Below, one piece after another: positions 18,497 through 27,200 of a DNA stretch of 64,000 bases (within the stretch, counting starts at the first letter, position 1; every line of letters starts with the position of its first letter). The DNA lies in IMG/VR virus record IMGVR_UViG_3300011008_000022; one strand, given 5' to 3'. The position numbers were made by a program, and so were the translations under genes. The DNA comes from a virus. The notes under the pieces were generated by a model. That model made no database searches. It saw nothing but the letters and a program-made list of their open reading frames with translations, and was not told the origin of the DNA.

Positions 18497-19750
18497 ATGA
18501 AGAAAGCAAAGACATTCCTCAACCCTGGTGAAGGCATCGCTCGCGTGTTGTGTGTCACCAGTGCCAGCAACTTCTACGAGGCGCTGCCATCTGAGGTTGC
18601 AAATGCGGCCATCCCCTCTACGGTGGTCGGTGCGCTCGCTTCCAAACACACGTTGGAAGAAAACTCTAACCCTGCATTCACGGTCAATAATCGTGGTGCT
18701 GCAGAACTCTATCAGACTCAGATGGGTGGCTATATGTTCTTCCGTAAAGACGGAAAAGTGTATGCTGCCAAACTGAATGGTTCTACATGGGATAAGTTCG
18801 CAGATGCGACTCCTGTCACAGCTGCTATCGAAGCAGCCTGTGAAACGATGATCCATGTGCCTGACTGTAACTATCTCGGAGAGAACAAAACTCTGAACTT
18901 TGGCGGTCTCGTGCCTATCGATGGTGGCCATATCTTTGGCTCACCTCATTGGGTAGGTGCTTACCTGATGTCTGTCGATGGTGGCGGTGCCGGACACTCA
19001 CGCCCGAACGTGGCTCCTGGTCATTCTAAGACGATGAGTGCATTCTGGAACTGCGCACAGCAGCTCGGCACACAATGGGGATTGGCCAACTATGGTTTCT
19101 TCTGTCTCATCAATGCGCTTTTCCAGGCTCGCTATGGCTCTCTGAACTCGCAGGAGGTCATTGGTGCCGGATTCCAGACAAGTTCATGGGAGGCGGCTCG
19201 TAACGTGCCTATGGGCCTCTGTAAGTCGCTGGGTGATGGCTCTGGTAAGGTGTTCTACACCGATGCTACCATTGGCGACCAATATCCTGTAAAACTCTTC
19301 GGTTTCGAGGATCTATGGGGTAAGCTGTGGGAGTCCCGTCCTGGCATCCGCTTTGAAATGCGCGATAACGTGCGCTATGCTATCGTCTATGATGGCAACG
19401 TCGTCAGCAATACTGCTACTGGACGTGAATTTATCTGTGCTCTCTCTTCTCAGAGTGGCAGTGGTACTTATGCTAAGAGCATGGAACTGGGCGAATACTG
19501 GGATATGATATGCCAGGCTGTTGGTGCCGGTTCTAATACATACTACTGCGACGGGTATTGGTTCGCTACGGGTGGTCAGCTGCTGCTCGTCGGGGGTGTC
19601 GCGTCTTACGGTGCGCTATGCGGTCTGTCGTGTGCGAGCTCGATTTACGGTTTCTCGGTCTCGCACACGATCATCGGCGCTCGCCTGGCCTTCTACGGAG
19701 AGCCGGAAATCGTGAGCGGTGCGGAGCTGGTGGCCATGATTAACGCGTAA
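18497..19750 (+). CDS. DGR variable protein 1 (likely receptor-binding/tail protein with C-terminal C-type-lectin-like VR)
   Basis: 417 aa ORF whose C-terminal region ..QLLLVGGVASYGALCGLSCASSIYGFSVSHTIIGARLAFY.. is encoded by VR1. It is preceded by TAACCCTTTAAA. Confidence 0.85.
   Translation: MKKAKTFLNPGEGIARVLCVTSASNFYEALPSEVANAAIPSTVVGALASKHTLEENSNPAFTVNNRGAAELYQTQMGGYMFFRKDGKVYAAKLNGSTWDKFADATPVTAAIEAACETMIHVPDCNYLGENKTLNFGGLVPIDGGHIFGSPHWVGAYLMSVDGGGAGHSRPNVAPGHSKTMSAFWNCAQQLGTQWGLANYGFFCLINALFQARYGSLNSQEVIGAGFQTSSWEAARNVPMGLCKSLGDGSGKVFYTDATIGDQYPVKLFGFEDLWGKLWESRPGIRFEMRDNVRYAIVYDGNVVSNTATGREFICALSSQSGSGTYAKSMELGEYWDMICQAVGAGSNTYYCDGYWFATGGQLLLVGGVASYGALCGLSCASSIYGFSVSHTIIGARLAFYGEPEIVSGAELVAMINA
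19578..19696 (+). repeat. DGR variable region VR1
   Basis: Ungapped 119 nt alignment to TR 20052-20170. There are 17 mismatches, all at TR adenines, and all 91 non-A positions are identical. Confidence 0.92.
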
Positions 19751-20051
19751 GCGTTACATCATAGGCCAGCCGGCCTCTGGCTCGCGACCTCTTTGTAAAG
19801 TGCTCGGCGGTTCCGCCGCCGAGAATGAAATAATAAAATAGTATTAACAATAAAAAAAGTCACATCAAGAGGTGAAGTCACAAGAGCGTGACCATCCATA
19901 AAAAATTGACTTACTGAGACACTTGATGTCAGGGATTGACTTCCTGAACATACAAACTGATAGACTCCTTCCCCAAAGAGAATAGCAACATAGGTTGTTC
20001 GAGCCTTCTACAGCTCAACGGGGAAACGGAGCAAACGGCAACATATCGTGG

Positions 20052-20170
20052 AGCTGCTGCTCGTCGGGGGTGACGCGAATAACGGTGCGCAATGCGGTCT
20101 ATCGTATGCGAACTCGAATAACGGTTTCTCGAACTCGAACACGAACATCGGCGCTCGCCTGAACATCTAC
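20052..20170 (+). repeat. DGR template region (TR)
   Basis: Non-coding copy of VR1/VR2. In the VR frame it reads ELLLVGGDANNGAQCGLSYANSNNGFSNSNTNIGARLNIY, with nine AAC/AAT codons. Confidence 0.92.
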
Positions 20171-20502
20171 ATTGAACAAAAAAGAGTTATCTGATATGTT
20201 TCCACTGTTTGTCCTCACTGACTTCGCGAAAGCCAAAGAGGATGAGCACACGATTGAGCCGGTCTCGATGGAGGGTTAGCGAGTGCAAAGCGGTTTCCCC
20301 GCTTTGTCCTCTCTACCCGACAGAGCAAAGATAAAAGGCGTTGGGTATGAGCCTGACATATAGATGCACTATCACATCGTCGGGCAACAGAGTCCCCTCG
20401 CGCAAGTAAGCAAGACAGTTGTACGTCTATACCGAACACCCGTGAGCCGAGAAATGTAGAAGGCCCTCCCTGAAATATCATGTGTCACAATGAAGAGAAA
20501 CA
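20171..20502 (+). ncRNA. TR-to-RT spacer, probable 3' part of the DGR RNA
   Basis: 332 nt with no plus-strand ORF longer than 27 codons. It contains hairpin CAAAGCGG-TTTCC-CCGCTTTG near 20287-20307. The function is inferred by analogy to the Bordetella phage BPP-1 TR-Sp RNA. Confidence 0.3.
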
Positions 20503-21849
20503 ATGGCAGAATTAGCTTATCAGCGAAAGAAACGCCTGCGCGGAAAGAACCGCAAACTACGCATCAGCATGGTCTATGACCCGCTGAACCTACGTCAAGC
20601 CGACATCGAGGCACGACGTGGTAAGGATGCTCATAAAGGGGTACGTCTCTTCGACAAAGACCCGCAAGGCAATCTCTCTTTACTGCATGATTGGCTGAAG
20701 ACTGAGACCTATCATACTTCTCCTGGGCATGAGTGTGTCAGACACTGCCCATGCGGAAAGGATCGAGTGCTTCACAAGCTGCCATACTTTCCTGACCACA
20801 TCGAGAACCATGCACTGATGCAGGTCATCATGCCTACCATGATGCGGGCGTATTACTACGACTCCTCGGCATCTATCAAAGGTAAGGGTATGCACTTTGC
20901 GGAACGACGTACCAAACGATACATCGATATCCACCGCAAGCATAATGACCGCATCTATTTCGTCAAACTGGATTTCGTGAAGTTCTACCATAACATCGAC
21001 CAGGAAAAGATTTACAAGCACCTGGCAAAGAAGTTTGGCGATCGGGGTGTACGCTATCTCATCCGTGAGATAGTAACGGCATGTGAAAAGGGACTGGGCA
21101 TCGGATTGTTCCCAATACAGCCTATCGCCAACTACTACACATGTCCGCTATGCCGACTGGTGATGATGCTCTTTGACGTGTGGATGGAGATATACTGCGA
21201 TGATATGGTCATCATTGGTACCGATAAGAAAGAGGTATGGAAAGCGGTAAATTTCATCCAGCAGTATGCGGAGGATGTTATGGAACAGCCACTGCATGAG
21301 AATATCGGAATGCAGATCATCGACGAACGCCACCGCCTCGATTTCGTGGGTTACATGTTTTTCTTCAAACACACGCTGCTGCGCAAGCGGATGAAAAAGA
21401 AGTTTAAGCGGAAGATGCACCGCATCAAAGACCCGCTGAAACGCTATCGCGCCGCTGCAAGTTACAAAGGATGGCTCATGCACTGCAATGGTTTTAGTCT
21501 CTGGTGTGCTGTAATGAATATGAAATCTTACAAGGAACTAAATGTACCTACATTCGAGAAAAAGAACGCAGAGGGCAAACGCATACTCGAAGGAACAAAG
21601 GTATCGGCATCGATGCTTTGTGGACGCGAGTTGGTGTTTACTGACGTGGAGTTTGACGTGAAATCGAAGTACAACAAGCCGGCAACAGTGATTCAGGTGG
21701 AGGAGAACGGACAAAAATATAAGTTCTTCACCAACAACCAGAAACTCACACAGGCGCTGTCCTACATCAATGCTCACGATGGCTTCCCGTTCAAGGGCAC
21801 AATCGTTCGCACAAACTCCTCTGGCCTACCCGACTACGCCATACAGTAG
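20503..21849 (+). CDS. DGR reverse transcriptase with about 108 aa C-terminal extension
   Basis: IGLFPIQ resembles the DGR-type [I/L]GxxxSQ motif. The catalytic YCDD is at 21193-21204. SYKGWLMHCNGFSLW resembles the usual DGR RT C-terminus at aa 320-335, but the ORF continues to aa 448. Confidence 0.88.
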   Translation: MAELAYQRKKRLRGKNRKLRISMVYDPLNLRQADIEARRGKDAHKGVRLFDKDPQGNLSLLHDWLKTETYHTSPGHECVRHCPCGKDRVLHKLPYFPDHIENHALMQVIMPTMMRAYYYDSSASIKGKGMHFAERRTKRYIDIHRKHNDRIYFVKLDFVKFYHNIDQEKIYKHLAKKFGDRGVRYLIREIVTACEKGLGIGLFPIQPIANYYTCPLCRLVMMLFDVWMEIYCDDMVIIGTDKKEVWKAVNFIQQYAEDVMEQPLHENIGMQIIDERHRLDFVGYMFFFKHTLLRKRMKKKFKRKMHRIKDPLKRYRAAASYKGWLMHCNGFSLWCAVMNMKSYKELNVPTFEKKNAEGKRILEGTKVSASMLCGRELVFTDVEFDVKSKYNKPATVIQVEENGQKYKFFTNNQKLTQALSYINAHDGFPFKGTIVRTNSSGLPDYAIQ

Positions 21850-21914
21850 TTCTCAGCCGTTTTCGGCTGGCTCATCGAAATAAAGAAATAATAACCCTTT
21901 AAAAATTGAGAATT

Positions 21915-22604
21915 ATGAAAAAGTCAGAATTTTTTGAGCGTCCCGACCTCGCCACCATCGAAGGCGATGTCCTGCGTATCTCTTTCGGCGTGACTGAGGA
22001 ACAGGTGCCTGTCAATCCACAAGAGGAAACCCCTGCTGGTCAGGAGCCGGAAACTCGTACTCTCTACCGTGCTTATGTGGTACGTCTGAAGAACCCGTTT
22101 ACCATTGAGCGTATCAAAGCTGCATTGCTCACACATGAGTATGACGGCGAAGTGCTGCCTGACACGGTGGCTGAAGCCATTGCTGCAGAGGCATTGCTGA
22201 TGCTCGTGGATGCAGGCATCCTCACAGGCGACCGCCTCGCTATCGCTAAGACGATGAAACTGGCACAGCTGGCAACCTACGACAACTCGGATGCGGTCAA
22301 CCTCTTCACCTACAAGGGTGTCAATATGTGGCTCGACAAAGACACGCGCAATGGTCTCATCGCACGTCTCAATGCTGAGAAGGCCATGGGTAAGACCACT
22401 TCGACGCTTTGGTACGAAAACCAGTCTTTCACGCTCGACATCGACGATGGTCTGCAGATGCTCGCTGCCCTCGAAGTGTATGCTTCTGAGTGCTACGACT
22501 GCACAGCGTCTCACCATGCTTCCATCATTGCTATGGAGGTGTCTGATGCGGTCATTGCCTACGACTTCACCGTTGGCTATCCTTCCAAGTTGGTCTTTAA
22601 CTAA
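21915..22604 (+). CDS. hypothetical protein
   Basis: The track starts at TTG 21906; the first ATG is at 21915. It is preceded by TAACCCTTTAAA at 21892-21903. Confidence 0.65.
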   Translation: MKKSEFFERPDLATIEGDVLRISFGVTEEQVPVNPQEETPAGQEPETRTLYRAYVVRLKNPFTIERIKAALLTHEYDGEVLPDTVAEAIAAEALLMLVDAGILTGDRLAIAKTMKLAQLATYDNSDAVNLFTYKGVNMWLDKDTRNGLIARLNAEKAMGKTTSTLWYENQSFTLDIDDGLQMLAALEVYASECYDCTASHHASIIAMEVSDAVIAYDFTVGYPSKLVFN

Positions 22605-22617
22605 TTGTATCACCGTG

Positions 22618-22637
22618 CCCAGCCGTTCTCGGCTGGG
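22618..22637 (+). repeat. intercistronic hairpin, family H1 (representative copy)
   Basis: CACCGTG-CCCAGCCG-TTCT-CGGCTGGG-TCCTAA lies between stop 22602-22604 and ATG 22655. Confidence 0.85.
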
Positions 22638-22654
22638 TCCTAATTCCCAATAGT

Positions 22655-23140
22655 ATGACAACATTGCTTCTTATCTCGGTTTTGATAACAGTCCTCTATG
22701 TGGGCACGACGATCTACATCCATAAGGAACTGCCGGCATCGGTGTCGCACATGGTGTTCAACCTGCCGCGTAACTATCAGTTCCTATGGACGCTGTTCAT
22801 CTGGTCTGTAGCCTTTGGCAACGTACCGGCTCTGCTCGACGCAATGGAAGGCTCAATATTCCAGTTTGTCGGTTTCCTGTTCATCGCGTCACTGGCTTTC
22901 ATCGGTGCCATGCCGCTCATCAGGAACAATCCGAACACCGCCCACTCGGTACTGGCTATCGTCGCTGGAGTGCTCTCTCAGCTCTGTGTGCTAATCATCA
23001 GCCCTTACTGGATGTTGCTCTGGTTCTCGCTCATATACTTCCTGTTTGCACCGCTTCCTAAGTGGCTCAACGGCAAAGGTATCTTTGTCCTCGAAGTGTA
23101 TTGCTACACCACTCTCATTGCGGCCATACTCTGTCATTAG
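22655..23140 (+). CDS. polytopic small membrane protein
   Basis: 161 aa with 4-5 hydrophobic segments, for example LLLISVLITVLYVGTTIYI and VLAIVAGVLSQLCVLIISPYWMLLWFSLIYFLF. Confidence 0.65.
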   Translation: MTTLLLISVLITVLYVGTTIYIHKELPASVSHMVFNLPRNYQFLWTLFIWSVAFGNVPALLDAMEGSIFQFVGFLFIASLAFIGAMPLIRNNPNTAHSVLAIVAGVLSQLCVLIISPYWMLLWFSLIYFLFAPLPKWLNGKGIFVLEVYCYTTLIAAILCH

Positions 23141-23191
23141 TTCTAACCACCGTGCCCAGCCGCTCTCGGCTGGGTCCTAAACAGATAAGAT

Positions 23192-24277
23192 ATGAATAAT
23201 ATTTCCAACCACTTCGCACTGACGGCTCTCCAGGAGGGTGTCACCGTGCAAGGTTCTCTTCGCATCAGTGGTACGCTGTCACAGAACTACAATCCTGGCA
23301 CACAGCGCTGCATTCCTGACTGGAAAACGGACACGTCCACTCGACCCATGATATACCCTGTCATCCGTAAGGGAGTACAGTATATCTCGGCATCGGGCAT
23401 CGTCAATGGTAAATGGCTCTACAATGACGTGCAAATCGTATTCGGACAGGACAATAAATCTACCAACTTCCTCGACGGTGCCGGAGATCCGCTGTTCCAG
23501 GTGGGCACCACAACGGCATCACTGGGTGGTAACTCCTATCAGCTGCCATGTCTTACCATCATCAGCAACCTCGCAAGCCCAACGAATATCGACCTCGATG
23601 TGATTGGCTACGAAGGCTCAGTAGAGGTGGCTGGAAAACAGATGGGCTTCCAGTGTGCTGTCGATGTGAAGATTGCTCAGATGACCACACAGGGCTTCCT
23701 GGGATTGCTCTCGCCTGAGTCGGCTATCATCACTGATAAGGGACAGACTGTAACCATCGCTGCCTCTCTCTATGGCGACGACGGACAATCGCCTGCCACC
23801 TGGTACACAAAATGGTTTAACGCCGGTACTGGCACTGAGTTCGTGGCGGCACGTAACGCCCGCTCGCTGTCTATCAACGAGGCTGACGTGACGGATAACA
23901 TCATCATCCGTTGTGACTTCTTCTCGGATAGCGGATTTACCAACCGCGTGGCCACGGCATTCGCTTCTATCGATGACACGCAGGATCCTGAGTTCCTGTA
24001 TATCTCGCTCAATGGCACTAATTCGGATTTCAGCGGCCAACTGGCTCCTGGTGAACAGTGTACCGTTACAATGTGGGTGGCTACCATGGAGGACCCAACG
24101 GCCATCAATACGCAGTACACCACATTCAATGTCGTACTCTACGACGGACAGCAGAACGAGATCACGGGTAACGTGCCTGAAGTGACCATCGCTAACAACC
24201 GTGCCACCATGATTGTGCCCTACGACTTCATAGCTGCTAACGGCTATAAGATTAACGGCATCGTCACAGCTTCCTAA
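23192..24277 (+). CDS. hypothetical tail/fibre-module protein
   Basis: 361 aa beta-rich, S/T/G/N-rich ORF upstream of the giant fibre gene. Confidence 0.6.
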   Translation: MNNISNHFALTALQEGVTVQGSLRISGTLSQNYNPGTQRCIPDWKTDTSTRPMIYPVIRKGVQYISASGIVNGKWLYNDVQIVFGQDNKSTNFLDGAGDPLFQVGTTTASLGGNSYQLPCLTIISNLASPTNIDLDVIGYEGSVEVAGKQMGFQCAVDVKIAQMTTQGFLGLLSPESAIITDKGQTVTIAASLYGDDGQSPATWYTKWFNAGTGTEFVAARNARSLSINEADVTDNIIIRCDFFSDSGFTNRVATAFASIDDTQDPEFLYISLNGTNSDFSGQLAPGEQCTVTMWVATMEDPTAINTQYTTFNVVLYDGQQNEITGNVPEVTIANNRATMIVPYDFIAANGYKINGIVTAS

Positions 24278-24295
24278 TGTCCTAAAAGAAATAGT

Positions 24296-27200
24296 ATGAA
24301 ACCAGTCATATCGCAGACATTCGCCATTACAGCACAGAAACCAACGGTCTCTGTGGACCATATCGATAATTACTATATCACCGAGGCTTCGGGCATACAG
24401 CCTGCCGCTAACGACTCCCGCTGGCAGTTTGTGCCGGAGGGTCAGCAGGCTCCTGTGCCTACGTCCGCCGCTCCGTATCTATGGCATAAGAGCATCACGT
24501 ATCTCACGGATGGCTCGCACCTCGATCCTGTCATAGAGTTTGGCGGTTCTCTCGGACAGAATGGCTATGACTACGACTTGGTGCCGTCTCATTCGGCTAT
24601 CATCAAGGCTCAGGATGATACGGTAACACCGGCTAACGTTTCATGCTCGCTTATCAAGCGTAATGCGGATGGCTCTGCCGAACGTCAGACTACACCGCCT
24701 GCTGGCTACAGCATCCAGGTATATCGTGACACCACGGCATCTGCTTATACGCTCGGCACCAATGTCTCTACGGCAAACGTGTCGGTTATCACCTTTGTAT
24801 TGCTCTATGGCGCTATTGAGGTGGAAAGACACGACATCCGTGTGATTGCAGAGGGTGCCGAAGGACTGACGGGACGTGGCATACAGAGCCAGTCAACACG
24901 CTTCAAGGCGAACACCACTGGCTCTGTACCCGCTACACCTACCAATGATAACGAATGGAACACCTGGGCTGCTCTCTCGCAGTCTGGGTATTCTGAGACG
25001 AACCGTTACCTCTTCCAGTGTGTGCGCACCGTCTATGTAGATGGTAATAACAACACCACAACGGAATACATGGTGTCTGGTCCTACCGTCTGGGGACGCG
25101 ATGGTGACGATGCTATCGTGCTCGACCTCGACAACGAAATGGATAGCCTGCCATGTGACAGCACGGGAAAGGTGACAACGGCTACTACCATCGTCGTCAA
25201 TGCAAAACTCTACAAGGGTGCTACGCAGATCACATCGGGCATCACAGCACCAACAGCTGCATCCGTCAAACTGGCGGGTGTCACGCCTACCGTGTCGCAG
25301 TCATCGGGCACGGTGTCTCTCTCGTGGCAGTTTGCAGCCAACACCAGTCTCGCTGATGAGCGTTACATCATTACGATTCCTGTCACCTACAATCAGAAGA
25401 CATACCAGGTGGCATTCACGCTCAATGCACTGCGTTCTGGTGCGCCTGGTGTTTCACCAACCATCTATAAGGTATTGCCGTCTCAGCACTTGCTGGCATT
25501 CTCACGAAACAGCAGCGATGTACTGACTCCTTCGACTCATTCGTTGTATTGTGGCTATTCTAAGAACTACAATGGCACCATATCGACGGAGGCTAACCAG
25601 ACAACTGCATTTGATACGACTTACCGTATCTTCTACCGCTATCTCAATAATGGCTCATGGAGTGCATGGAACGCATACGTGGCAATACTCTCTATTGCTT
25701 CGTCAACAACGACAACAGCGTATGAGTTCTGTATCGCTAAGACCACTAACTCTAACAATGTCACGGATGCGCTCATCCTCGACCGTGAGACTATCCCTGT
25801 CATCAAGAGCGGACAGAAGGGTAACACGGGTACCAATGCGTTCTCTATCGACATCGACAATGAAATGGCTGCCATACCCGTCAATCAACAGGGTAAGGTG
25901 GAAACGCTGAAGACGCTGACTTTCGGATTGCAGGCATACTATGGCATAACACCCGTTGGCTCGTCATGCACCATCACGGCTGAAAACATCCCGACGGGGT
26001 TCACGGTCAACCTCGACGACCCGCTGAACCCTGTCATCACGATTGCTGCTGATACGACACCTGCTGAAATCTCTGAGATAACCTTTAAGGCTGTTCATGC
26101 TACCTATGGCACCCGTGAGGCTGTCTTCACGGTCTGCGCGGTTAAGAGTGGTGGCAAGGGAGAGGATGCAGAACTGTATCAACTGCTGCCCTCTCAGACT
26201 ACCCTACCCTTTGACCGTAACGCTAATGGCAACATCAACACACGTTCTTACACGCTCACAAGCCAAATACAGCTGATTAAGGGTAACGTCACCACGAACT
26301 ACTCTTCTCTCTCTGGCTATTATATCTATTATGGCTGGAACGGGGCTGCATCGCCATCGTCTATCCTCTCTACGTCTGGTATTACGGTGTCTCAGTGGTA
26401 CCCGAACAATGGCTATACGTCAGTGGTACTTGAACTATGGCGTGGCGCACGTAGCGTCTCTGGCTCTGTACGCCTCGATCGTGAGACAATACCTATCATC
26501 ACCGATGGTGCGCGTGGTCCTGAAGGAGAAGGTGATCCTGGCAATGGCATCAGCGTCGATGACTTCTACTACTGCCTGACTGGTACGCCTACCCCACCGA
26601 CAACACCGCTCACAACGGCTAACGGATGGTATAAGCAGGGCACTACGGGATGTCCTACTGCTCCCACCAATGCTAAACCTTACCTCTGGCAGTGCGAACA
26701 TATCGAATACACCGAGGACACGTCGATGAATAAGAACATCATCAAACTGGTACAGGTGTATAACATGGGCATCCAGCCTAATCTGCTCGAACAGACGGCA
26801 TTCGACTCTGAGGATGTAATGAATAAGTGGATGACGGCCAACGGACAGGTGGTGCCACAGGCGCGAGGACAGCATAACGCATGGGGGGCTTTCCCTGGCA
26901 CTAACACATACTCCGAAATGCTCCAGCAGCTCGTGTATCGTCCTGGCTCTGTCGGTAAGATACGCCCTGCTAACTATTACACGCTGTCATTCTACAGCCG
27001 CACACGCCGCTATGTCAATGTCACGGGCGACACCTACGGCTTCTATTTCGGAAACATCTACCTGAAGGCTGGCTCTTATAAGTTCCAGTTCAACGGACAC
27101 TGTTCTCAGGCTGCTAAGGATGCAGGGGTGAACCTGAGTGGCTATCTATGGTATTCTGGCGACTACGGACAGACGGAGGACTGGAGCCGCTCTGTGTCAA

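Larger units (their letters stand above)
18497..21849 (+). mobile_element. diversity-generating retroelement cassette (target gene with VR1, TR, RT)
   Basis: See the component features. The order target-VR / TR / RT on one strand is a canonical DGR layout. Confidence 0.9.

Noticed and set aside
19803-19823. GC-rich hairpin about 107 nt downstream of VR1, considered as the DGR target-recognition cruciform known from the Bordetella phage BPP-1.
   Set aside because: The same element family occurs genome-wide, both intergenic and in ORFs. No equivalent hairpin follows VR2. It is not adjacent to the VR 3' end. A DGR-specific role is therefore not supported by sequence alone.
20215-20481. 88 aa minus-strand ORF between TR and RT, considered as a possible Avd-like accessory gene.
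   Set aside because: It is on the wrong strand relative to the whole cassette. It is R/S/C-rich with no helical-bundle character and no promoter box. It lies within what is more likely the transcribed DGR RNA spacer.
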